DNA from: Octopus sinensis
Taxonomy: Eukaryota
DNA: 64,000 nucleotides
Assembly (NCBI RefSeq): GCF_006345805.1
Contig: NC_043007.1
Span: 57,970,001-58,034,000, forward strand
Reading direction: 5' to 3'
In this document: piece after piece, positions 13,300 to 24,260 of the stretch
Layout: the number at the start of each line of letters is the position of its first letter
Numbering within the stretch: the first letter of the stretch is position 1
Notes under the pieces: model-generated
Databases searched by the model: none
Told to the model about the DNA's origin: nothing
The model's input: only the letters and a program-made list of their open reading frames with translations
Translations under genes and position numbers: made by a program

Positions 13300-13503
13300 T
13301 TACTTTTTTACTTGTTTCAGTCATTTGACTGCGGCCATGCTGGAGCACCGCCTTTAGTTGAGCAAATCGACCCCGGGACTTATTCTTTGTAAGCCCAGTA
13401 CTTATTCTATCGGTCTCTTTTGCCGGACCGCTAAGTGACGTGGACGTAAACACACCAGCATCGGTTATCAAGCAATGCTAGGGAGACAAACACAGACACA
13501 CAA

Positions 13504-13538
<35 letters not shown>

Positions 13539-13707
13539 CATATATACGACAGGCTTCTTTCAGTTTCCGTCTACCAAATCCACTCACAAGGCATTGCTCG
13601 GCCCGGGGCTATAGCAGAAGACACTTGCCCAAGGTGCCACGCAGTGGGACTGAACCCGGAACCATGTGGTTGGTTAGCAAGCTACTTACCACACAGCCAC
13701 TCCTGCA

Positions 13708-13711
<4 letters not shown>
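13297..13711 (-). mobile_element. tRNA-derived CORE-type SINE with internal (CA)/(TA) microsatellite and CR1-like 3' tail (type C)
   Basis: A box tggctgtgtggtaag, B box gggttcagtccc, ccttgggcaagtgtctt, tail ggcggtgctccagcatggccgcagtcaaatgactgaaacaagtaaaa. Many copies in the window. Confidence 0.92.
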
Positions 13712-13755
<44 letters not shown>

Positions 13756-13976
13756 TCAATATAGAGTGGCAGAAAAATTTTGTAGAATTTTTTTGCCACC
13801 AGCGGCCTAGTGGGAAAAAATTAAATAGTCATAGACCATTTATAAGTTCAACATCACAATCAAGGAACGGCCATAATAGGCCATTCACCCACTAGAAATA
13901 ACAGCCAAAGCTTCAACCGCAAAATAACATTAATTCCGCAAACCAGGAGGAAATTAAAAAAACATTTACCCTGTAA

Positions 13977-14080
13977 TTTCTTATACGATGCACCGTTTCA
14001 TCTATTGTTTAATGGTAAACTAACCTGATTAATTAAATCAAGCCAATCTTCCATAGGCCGATAGATTCGTCAGTAAGAAA
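13977..14080 (-). ncRNA. Type I hammerhead ribozyme, copy 1
   Basis: Reverse complement of the motif at 14654-14758. Confidence 0.85.
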
Positions 14081-14463
14081 CAGCCAGATCGGAACAGATA
14101 TTTTCACGAGGCACTTCAATCCCTGCCTCGGCAATATCTGACCTAAAATTTTCAAATCATCGCACTCGCGCCAAATTTATCGGCAGCAAATAAATATAAG
14201 CCGCCGATTCCATTACGGAATTAACCAGAAAATTCATAATTAATCAATATAGGGTGGCAGAAAAATTTTGTAGAATTTTTTGCCACCAGCGGCCTAGTGG
14301 GAAAAAATTAAATAGTCATAGACCATTTATAAGTTCAACATCACAATCAAGGAACGGCCATAATAGGCCATTCACCCACTAGAAATAACAGCCAAAGCTT
14401 CAACCGCAAAATAACATTAATTCCGCAAACCAGGAGAAAATTAAAAAAACATTTACCCTGTAA

Positions 14464-14568
14464 TTTCTTATACGATGCACCGTTTCATCTATTGTTTTAT
14501 GGTAAACTAACCTGATTAAATTAAATCAAGCCAATCTTCCATAGGCCGATAGATTCGTCAGTAAGAAA
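14464..14568 (-). ncRNA. Type I hammerhead ribozyme, copy 2
   Basis: Reverse complement of the motif at 14654-14758, with one substitution in a stem II side hairpin. Confidence 0.85.
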
Positions 14569-14653
14569 CAGCCAGATCAGAACAGATATTTTCACGAGGC
14601 ACTTCAAGTGCCTCGTGAAGTGCCTCGTGAAAATATCTGTTCCGATCTGGCTG

Positions 14654-14758
14654 TTTCTTACTGACGAATCTATCGGCCTATGGAAGATTGGCTTGATTTA
14701 ATTTAATCAGGTTAGTTTACCATTAAACAATAGATGAAACGGTGCATCGTATAAGAAA
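14654..14758 (+). ncRNA. Type I hammerhead ribozyme, copy 3
   Basis: Stem I tttctta/taagaaa; CTGACGA 14661-14667; stem II atctat/atagat; GAAA 14736-14739; stem III acg-gtgcat-cgt; GUA triplet with predicted cleavage after 14751. Confidence 0.88.
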
Positions 14759-15139
14759 TTACAGGGTAAATGTTTTTAATTTTCTCCTGGTTTGCGGAAT
14801 TAATGTTATTTTGCGGTTGAAGCTTTGGCTGTTATTTCTAGTGGGTGAATGGCCTATTATGGCCGTTCCTTGATTGTGATGTTGAACTTATAAATGGTCT
14901 ATGACTATTTAATTTTTTCCCACTAGGCCGCTGGTGGCAAAAAATTCTACAAAATTTTTCTGCCACCCTATATTGATTAATTATGAATTTTCTGGTTAAT
15001 TCCGTAATGGAATCGGCGGCTTATATTTATTTGCTGCCGATAAATTTGGCGCGAGTGCGATGATTTGAAAATTTTAGGTCAGATATTGCCGAGGCAGGGA
15101 TTGAAGTGCCTCGTGAAAATATCTGTTCCGATCTGGCTG

Positions 15140-15244
15140 TTTCTTACTGACGAATCTATCGGCCTATGGAAGATTGGCTTGATTTAATTTAATCAGGTTA
15201 GTTTACCATTAAACAATAGATGAAACGGTGCATCGTATAAGAAA
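15140..15244 (+). ncRNA. Type I hammerhead ribozyme, copy 4
   Basis: Identical motif 486 bp downstream. CTGACGA 15147-15153; predicted cleavage after 15237. Confidence 0.88.
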
Positions 15245-17193
15245 TTACAGGGTAAATGTTTTTTTTAATTTTCTCCTGGTTTGCGGAATTAATGTTATTT
15301 TGCGGTTGAAGCTTTGGCTGTTATTTCTAGTGGGTGAATGGCCTATTATGGCCGTTCCTTGATTGTGATATATATATCTCTGTCTCCTTCCTCGACATTT
15401 CGGTTAGCATTCTTCATTCCACTCTTACCACCTCCATTCACTACAAACACACAGACTCACACTCATACCTCAACTTTTCTTCCTCCCACCCAGAACACAC
15501 CAAGCTTTCCATCCCCTATTCCCAATTCCTCCGTCTACGTAGGCTCTGTAGTGACGACCATGACTTTGAGACTCAGTCTCAACGTATGGCTCACCACTTC
15601 ACCCTACGTGGATACCCCCTCACCACTATCCACACCGCCCTTGCCAGAGCACGGTCCGTGGACCGTGTATCTGCTCTCTCTCCCCGAACCCGCCCTGTAG
15701 TCTCCCGCCTCCCATTTCCCCTCACTTACCACCCCCACGACCCTACGTCTCCAACGCACCATTCTTCGAGCTTTCCGTCATCTCCAGTCCGACCCGTCCA
15801 CTTCACACCTCTTCCCTAACCGACCCCTCCCCTCTTTCAAACGAGCCCAACCTTCGAGACCTTTTGGTCCATAGCTCCTTCCTGCCGACCCTACCACCCA
15901 ACCCGGCTCGTTCCCCTGCTCCCGCCCACGTTGCCGCACTTGCCCTTACCTCTCCAACACCACCCGCCTCACTAGCACCCACCATCGACCCTATCCATCA
16001 TCCACTCCTTCACCTGCACCTCCAGCAATATTATCTATTGCATCTCTTGCTCTCTCTGCAATTCCTTGTACATCGGACAAACGGACGCCGCTTGGCTGAC
16101 CGGTTCGCGGAACACCTTCGTGACATCCACCTTGCGAACGACACACCGGTCTCACGCCATTTCCGCTCCACCGGTCATCCTTGCAACACCTATCTGTGTT
16201 CGGTTTGTCCTTACACAGAGGCCATCCGGATTCCCGTTTGCGCCGTGAACAGGAATTAATCTTCTCTCTTCGCTCTTATACGCCATTTGGTCTCAACTCT
16301 CCCCCCTCCTCATCTAACTTCACCCCCCTCCTCACCTATCCTTTCTCCCCCGACCCCTACTTCTTCAGTCCTTCATCCTTTCACCCTACTCCCCTTCCCT
16401 TCTTCCCTCTTTCTCTCCCTCTTCCCCTCCCTCTGCTCCCTCACTCCCCTCTCCCCCTTCTCTCTCCCCCTCTCCCTCTTTCCTCCTTCATCCCCCCTCA
16501 TCCCCTTCCTTCTCCCCCATCCTCTCCTCTCCCCCCTTCTCCTCCCCCTCTTCTTCCCCCCCTTCTCTCCCCCCTCTTCTCCCCCCCCCCCTATTCTCCC
16601 CTCCCCCTATTCTCCCCTCCCCCTTTTCCCCCTCCCCCTCTTCTCCTCACTACACCACATGACTTTACACATCACATCACATATGATGTGCCATACTAAT
16701 ACACACACCAACTAATACATACTAATACGTACTAATACATACTAGTACATACTAATACTTACACCAACCCTATACATACACACGTCCAGACCCCGCATAC
16801 GCACTTATACTCTCTCACACACACACACACACACCTATACATACCAATACGTACTAATACATACTAATACATACACCAACCCCATACATACGCACGTCCA
16901 GACCAATCTTACGCACTAATACTCTCTCATACACACACACACACACAACACCACCCTTATACATACTAATACATACACCAACCCTATACATACACACATC
17001 CAGACCCCTCCCACGCACTTTTAGCTGGTCCCTCAACCCATTTATCAACCCTATTATCTCCCCTTATTTCGCTCTCGCGTCTCATGTTTGATCTTAGACC
17101 TCTGGCCGAAATCAGATCGCCATGTTGATTCGTTAGCTACTGCACGCATTTTTTTTCTCTCCTTCTTTCTGTGTTTTTCTCTCTCTGTGTGTA

Positions 17194-17231
17194 TTTTTCT
17201 GTTGAAGAGCGTAGGCTCGAAACGTTAAAGA
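17194..17231 (+). ncRNA. Minimal PLE-type hammerhead-like motif (core CTGTTGA)
   Basis: ttttt-CTGTTGA-a-gagc-gtag-gctc-GAA-acgt-t-aaaga; the A6 position is T. Confidence 0.5.
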
Positions 17232-17953
17232 CTTGTTTTATTTATATTTCCTGAGCGCCATACTAATACAATTGTTCGTTTGTTTTCCACCTGCCTTCGT
17301 CTTTTGTTTATTTTCATAAAGCTTCCCGTTATATATTATGCGCTCACGTGGTCTCACTTTCATCCTATATTCTACCAATACCACTATCAACACTTACCTC
17401 TACCTTGGATTTTCTTTACCTCTTGGATACTTACCATTGGCTGCACCTCTCTTTCGCGGATCAAAGTGACTTTGCATTCATGTGAAATCCTTAAAAAATA
17501 TACCACGACGTCTACACATTTCTCACCTTGAACTTTCAACCTTGAAATTGTTCGCATAAACTGTCCCGTTTGTTGTATTTTTATTTCCTCTTATATTACC
17601 ACTTTTTTACATTCATTTCATGCTTCCCACATTTTCCTGAATTTTGTTCTCCTTTCCGTCTTTCTTCCCTCTCTGGATGCCCATACTCCGTTTCTCCTGC
17701 CGCCCCCTTTTTTTGCCTCCCCCTCTCTCTGCTTCCCTTCTTTCTTTCCCTTTTCCGTTTGCCCCGTCTTTTTCTGCCCCTATCGCTTACTTATCTAGTT
17801 TTTTCATACGATTATTATTTTTTTGTTTTTTTGAACGTTTGTTTTTTCCCCTTTTTCGCGCTATCCTTTTTTCTATTTTTTTCATACGATAATTTTTTTT
17901 TTTTTTTTTTTTTTTGTTTGTTTTTTCGAACGTTTTTTTTCCGCTATCCCATC

Positions 17954-20850
17954 ATGCCGGATCCTAGGTCCTACCTCCTCACTCTCCATTACCGTTTGAA
18001 GGATCATCTACGTTCGCTTCCTGTATATTGCCTCAGTCCGTTACTCCGTTAATCTATCTCTCTACTTCTTTTTAAAAAAACCCGCTTCTCTAGCCATGTC
18101 TCTTTCCTAAGCCGCTGCCTACATCACCGACTCATCCCTAAAGGTTTCCGCCTCCACTTCCACCCTGCTCTCCACTCGGATTCTTCCATCTTACCCATAC
18201 TCCGCACCACATCTTACCGCCTTATGCGGGCCACCATTCGCTCCAATCTCTCCAAACTACATGCCATCAACCGCCTTCTTCCTCCTGCTTTCTCCACCTT
18301 CTTCTCCTCTCTGCCGCCTCTCTATGCTCCAAACACGCTACGCTTCATTATCCATTTGAATCAACTCTTCCATCAATTCTTTCTGATACCAAACTTCGTA
18401 AACTCCAATCACTCTTCCATTCCACCTACCCGACGCCACTACCCCAACTCCTCCACCACCCTTCTCCCCTCCCGATAGGCTCCATCCACCCTCACCTAAC
18501 CCCACTGCCCCTCCCTACAACCCCTTCTCCCCTCCCGTTAGGCTCCATCCACCTACACCTAACCCTACTGCCCCGCCCAACCACCCCCCACACACCTCTC
18601 CAATCCCTCCCCCTCAGACCTCCACGAGACCTACCACCCCTCCTACTTCTATTCCATCCACCCCTTCTCCACTTCCGTCTGTTGTTACCATTCCCCCCGA
18701 TCTTCCCCTCTCTGCGGCTGAACGCCTCCGTCCTTGGTAGGGGTCTGCGTTTCATCCCCCTCACTCCATCCTGTAAGGAATTCCAGACGCGAGTTGATGT
18801 CCACAGCTTTGTGCGCCGTGTCCGGTTGGGTGCGCATTACCACGACTCGCCACCCACACCCAACGAAGAGGACGACTGCTTCACTGGCCTGGGCCGCCGA
18901 CCATCCCCGTGGACGCCTGCCCCTGGCCAGATCCTAGCAGTGGATCTTTTCGCGGGCGTTGTCAGCGTGCATTGGAGCGGTTCAACTTCTCCAGGCGCCA
19001 ACGCCGCCTCAACATCTCCCCGGCTGAGCTCTTGGCTCTTCGTTCCCTCCAACGGCGCGCGCTGACATTATCATCAAACCGGCTGACAAGGGTGGAGCTG
19101 TGTGGTGGTGTGGCGCGCGGACCTCTATGGGGCCGAAGCTTTCCGCCAACTCAATGACACCTCCTTCTATTCCCCTCTGCCCTCTAACCCCACACGTAGC
19201 TACCAACAGACGGTATCCTCTACTGTCCAAGACCTCATCTCGTCCTCCCGTCTCCCCCGCACCGCATCCAACCTAATTGTGCGAACCCCACGTACCCCCA
19301 CCATTTACTTCCTCCCCAAAATCCACAAACCCAACAACCCTGGCCGCCCCATCGTCTCCGCCTGTAACTGCCCCACGGAGCTCATCTCTAAATACCTCGA
19401 CCGTGTCCTTGCCCCCCTAGTGGCATCTCTTCCCTCCCACATCACGATACCAACCATGCTCTCCGGCTTTTCAACTCTTTCTCCTTTCCTCCCGGCTCCT
19501 CCAAAATCCTTTTTACTATGGACATCCAAAGCCTCTATACTGTTATCCCTCACCACGAAGGACTGCAGGCCCTTCGACACTTTCTTGACCTCCGCTCTAA
19601 CCCTGTACCTGACACCTCCACACTCATTCGTCTGGCCGAACTTGTCCTTACTCTGAACTGCTTCTCGTTCGCGGGCGAGTTCTACCATCAGGTCTCGGGA
19701 GTGGCCATGGGAACGCGAATGGGCCCCAACTATGCGAACCTGTTCGTTGGCTATGTTGAGGCCCAAATATTCTCTAATTTCACTGGTCCCACTCCTGAAC
19801 TATATGGTCGTTATATTGACGACATTATCGGTGCCACCTCACTCTCCCGCGAACATCTAGATTCCTTCCTCTCTTTCGTCCAATCTTTCCATCCAGCCCT
19901 CCACTTCACTTCCACTATCTCCAACACCTCTGTCTCCTTCCTCGACATTTCGGTTAGCATTCTTCACTCCACTCTTACCACCTCCATTCACTACAAACAC
20001 ACAGACTCACACTCATACCTCAACTTCTTCTCCTCCCACCCAGAACACACCAAGCTTTCCATCCCCTATTCCCAATTCCTCCGTCTACGTAGGCTCTGTA
20101 GTGACGACCATGACTTTGAGACTCAGTCTCAACGTATGGCTCACCACTTCACCCTACGTGGATACCCCCTCACCACTATCCACACCGCCCTTGCCAGAGC
20201 ACGGTCCGTGGACCGTGTATCTGCTCTCCCCGAACCCGCCCTGTAGTCTCCCGCCTCCCATTTCCCCTCACTTACCACCCCACGACCCTACGTCTCCAAC
20301 GCACCATTCTTCGAGCTTTCCGTCATCTCCAGTCCGACCCGTCCACTTCACACCTCTTCCCTAACCGACCCCTCCCCTCTTTCAAACGAGCCCACAACCT
20401 TCGAGACCTTTTGGTCCATAGCTCCTTCCCTGACCCTACCTCCCAACCCGGCTCGTTCCCCTGCTCCCGCCCACGTTGCCGCACTTGCCCTTACCTCTCC
20501 AACACCACCCGCCTCACTAGCACCCACCATCGACCCTATCCCATCATCCACTCCTTCACCTGCACCTCCAGCAATATTATCTATTGCATCTCTTGCTCTC
20601 TCTGCAATTCCTTGTACATCGGACAAACGGGACGCCGCTTGGCTGACCGGTTCGCGGAACACCTTCGTGACATCCACCTTGCGAACGACACACCGGTCTC
20701 ACGCCATTTCCGCTCCACCGGTCACTCCTTGCAACACCTATCTGTGTTCGGTTTGTCCTTACACAGAGGCCATCCGGATTCCCGTTTGCGCCGTGAACAG
20801 GAATTAATCTTCTCTCTTCGCTCTTATACGCCATTTGTCTCAACTCTCCC
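17954..20850 (+). pseudogene. PLE polyprotein (RT plus C-terminal GIY-YIG), broken by one stop and several frameshifts
   Basis: MPDPRSY start, FLSRC..LIPKGFRL, KPADKGG.VVW, FLPKIHKPNNPGRPIVS, MDIQSLYT.IPH, GVAMGTRMGPNYANLF, RYIDDI, CSRPRCRTC, FTCTSSNIIYCISC..C..LYIGQTGRRLADRFAEH, YTPF(G)LN. Confidence 0.9.
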
Positions 20851-21713
20851 CCTCCCCCCTCCTCATCTAACCCTCACCCCCCTCCTCACCTATCCTTTCT
20901 CCCCCGACCCCTACTTCTTCAGTCCTTCATCCTTTCACCCTACTCCCCTTCCCTTCTTCCCTCTTCTCCCTCCCTCTTCCCTTCCCTCTGCTCCCTCACT
21001 CCCCTTCTCTCTCCCCCCCCTCTCCCCCTCTTTCCTCCTTCATCCCCCTCATCCCTTCCTTCTCCCCATCCTCCCTCTTCCCCCTTTCTCCTCCCCCTCT
21101 TCTTCCCCTCCCCTTCTCTCCCCCTCTTCTCCCCTCCCCCTCTTCTCCCTCCCTCTTCTCCCCCTCCCCCCTCTTCTCCTCACTACACCACATGACTTTA
21201 CACATCACATCACATATGATGTGCCATACTAATACACACACCAACTAATACATACTAATACGTACTAATACATACTAGTACATAATACTTACACCAACCC
21301 TATACATACACACGTCCAGACCCGCATACGCACTTATACTCTCACACACACACACACACACACCTATACATACCAATACGTAACTAATACATACTAATAC
21401 ATACACCAACCCCATACATACGCACGTCCAGACCAATTACGCACTAATACTCTCTCATACACCACACACACCACACACCCCCTTATAATACTAATACATA
21501 CACCAACCCTATACATACACACATCCAGACCCCTCCCACGCACTTTTAGCTGGTCCTCAACCCATTTATCAACCCTATTATCTCCCCTTATTTCGCTCTC
21601 GCGTCTCATGTTTGATCTTAGACCTCTGGCCGAAATCAGATCGCCATGTTGATTCGTTAGCTACTGCACGCATTTTTTTTCTTCCTTCTTTCTGTGTTTT
21701 TCTCTCTTGTGTA

Positions 21714-21751
21714 TCTTTCTGTTGAAGAGCGTAGGCTCGAAACGTTAAAGA
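21714..21751 (+). ncRNA. Minimal PLE-type hammerhead-like motif, second copy
   Basis: tcttt/aaaga stem I, gagc/gctc stem II, palindromic ACGT stem III. Confidence 0.55.
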
Positions 21752-21952
21752 CTTGTTTTATTTATATTTCCTGAGCGCCATACTAATACAATTGTTCGTT
21801 TGTTTTCCACCTGCCTTCGTCTTTTGTTTATTTTCATAAAGCTTCCCGTTATATATATGTATGTATGTATATATGCACCAGCATTGGTTGTGAAGTTGCA
21901 GGGAGGACACAGACACAAGGACTCACACATAGATATTTATGTATATATATAA

Positions 21953-21997
<45 letters not shown>

Positions 21998-22159
21998 CGT
22001 GTGTGTGTACATATATATATGCATATATATATATATGTTCATACATATATATATAGGTATATATATATGTACATATATATATGTGTGTATGTATGTATGT
22101 ATGTATAAAAGCAATTAAACGAATGATAAGGGAATAAAAAATTATGTAATTCATTTCAT

Positions 22160-22250
22160 TAGCTTACAGCTGTTTCTATTATAGGAAGCAATGCTCTCAT
22201 AGTTGTGTACTTCCGTATTACCATATAACCCTATAGCTTCATCGGAGATT
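22160..22250 (-). ncRNA. Hammerhead-like motif in a PLE terminal-repeat remnant
   Basis: Minus strand CCGATGA..tatagg/cctata..GAA-acagctgt-A; stem I is weak. Confidence 0.5.
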
Positions 22251-22453
22251 CAAAAGTGAAGTGCAAAATGAAGTACAATTTTATTTGGGACAGCATTTAC
22301 ATACATATATATATGTGTGTGTGTGTGTGTGTGTTTGTGTTATATACGTATGTATGTATATATACATACATACATACATTCATACACATATGTGTAAATG
22401 ATTATGTATACATATATGTGTATATATATATATATATACATACATATACATAT

Positions 22454-22503
<50 letters not shown>

Positions 22504-22629
22504 AGAGCAAGAGAGAGGGAGACATATATATTTATATATGCACATTTATAAAGTTATTCATATACATACATGCATGCATATACACACACATACGCACACA
22601 TATACACACGCATATATATATATATGTAT

Positions 22630-22907
22630 ATTGGTAAAACGGTAAGATAACAAAAGAAAGAAAGAGACCTCAATATTATGTAAATAGAGGAAATTTATCT
22701 ATAAAATAATATGTTACATTACTCGATAGTCAAGATAAAACTCTGAATAATTTCCCTTTGTATAATTTCCCTTTGTATAACGGTATTTTTTCATAGCGTT
22801 TTCAAATAGCCAGATAACCGAAGAGATGGCGTTGTGGATTCTCACTTCGGCATCTAAAACTCAGAGTTTTATCTTGACTATCGAGTAATGTAACATATTA
22901 TTTTATA
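22630..22907. mobile_element. Solo fold-back terminal repeat (pLTR) of the Naiad-like family at 31826-33420
   Basis: Inverted arms 22699-22746 and 22861-22907. Body matches 33275-33410. HHR-like motif 22812-22874 has GAAA mutated to AAAA. Confidence 0.8.
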
Positions 22908-23929
22908 TATATATATATATATGTGCATATACAGAGAGACGGAGGAAGAGGAGAGACATCAACAAAGAGAGCTGGACAGGAAAACTGAAATAACATACGG
23001 AGATTTTTTTTGAATACATATATTTAAATCCAAAAACGAAATATACTTAATATATTTAAATAAATATACATATTCTACTTATCTATATCATAATTCTGCT
23101 CGTTCGTTCGCACGTTACACTTTAGTCAGATAGAATTGGAGGTGAAGTGAGAGTAGGAGAAGAAGAGAGAATAAGAGAGAGGGAAGATGCGAGAGATAGA
23201 AGTAGAAGCAAAAGAAAAGAGAAAGTAGAGAAATATATATACATATGTATGCATGTATATAAAGTGTGGGTGCATCTATATTAATACGCTATGTGAAAAT
23301 GTGTGACGTAGTGATTAGTTGAAGGAAGAAAGAGGAGACAGCTAGAGGAGAGAAAGAAAGGAAGAAAGAAAGAAAGAAAGAAAGAAAGAGATAAAGAAAG
23401 AGAGAAAGAAAGAAAGAGAAAGAGAGAAAGGTGGTAAGCGGTGAGAGCTAGGAGGAAAGGATTGCTATTATGGCATGTGATTAAAGAGTTGAAGAAAGAG
23501 GTAGAGAGAAAGAGAGAGAGGAAAGAGAATATATAATGCTGTGGGGGGTCGATATAAGTAATATTAAAGGTTCAATCACAAGAGACATCTGAAATGTTTT
23601 ATATTCCCACGTCTTCTACTTTGTGAGTTGTGTGTTATTTTTTACTGTTAAGAAGTAAACAGTATCAACTATGGAGCAAAATCAAAAACATTATCTATAT
23701 TATTCAGCTTCACTACATTGGTAAAGTTTTAACAAATCTTAATACAGTTATTTGAAAGAACCTTATTGTTTGTCTTGTTAGTTTTACTTCGTCTGTTGTT
23801 GGCCAGACCATTACTACTTCATTAAAGTACATGCGTCAACTGATGGGTGATATGAAAAATAAAGACAAAACATAAATAATTAACACTTTTCGCTGTTCGT
23901 TTCTCCCTCTTATTCTCTGTCCTCCTTTC

Positions 23930-24260
23930 AAGGCACATGGCTCAGTGGTTAGAGCGTCGGGCTCACAACCATGAGGTAATGAATTCGATTCCCGGCCCGG
24001 GCTGTGTGTTGTGTTCTTGAGCAAAACACTTTATTTCAAGTTGCTCCAATTCACTCAGCTGTAGAAATGAGTTTCGACGTCACTGGTGCCAAGCTATATC
24101 GGCTTTTGTTTTCCCTTGGTTAACATCGGTGTCCTGAAGAGGGGAGACTGGTACGCATAGGCGACTACTGGTCTTCCATAAACAACCTTGCCCAGACTTG
24201 TGTCTCGGAAAGTAACTTTCTAGGTGTAATCCCATGGTCGTTCATGACCGAAGTGGGGTC
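23930..24260 (+). mobile_element. CORE-type SINE, tail type A
   Basis: Colinear with 2334-2667. Confidence 0.9.

Larger units (their letters stand above)
13752..15369. repeat. ~487-bp unit in two tandem pairs forming a ~1.5-kb palindrome, four hammerheads
   Basis: Units start at 13752 and 14240. Inversion centre ~14606-14617. Right arm ends at 15369. No ORF of 60 aa or more inside the unit. Confidence 0.95.
15378..21856 (+). mobile_element. Penelope-like element (Neptune-like), partial-tandem insertion
   Basis: 5'-truncated copy 15378-17336 is a ~1.95-kb direct repeat of 19928-21856, with a near-full copy between and after. Ends in a TA repeat. Confidence 0.93.

Noticed and set aside
13752-15369. 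CRISPR-like or protein-coding interpretation of the array
   Set aside because: Units are long and near-identical with no spacers, no cas genes and no long ORF.
16290-16650. Pro/Leu/Ser-rich ORFs (also 20850-21232)
   Set aside because: Polypyrimidine tract in the PLE 3' region; reading frames differ between the two copies.
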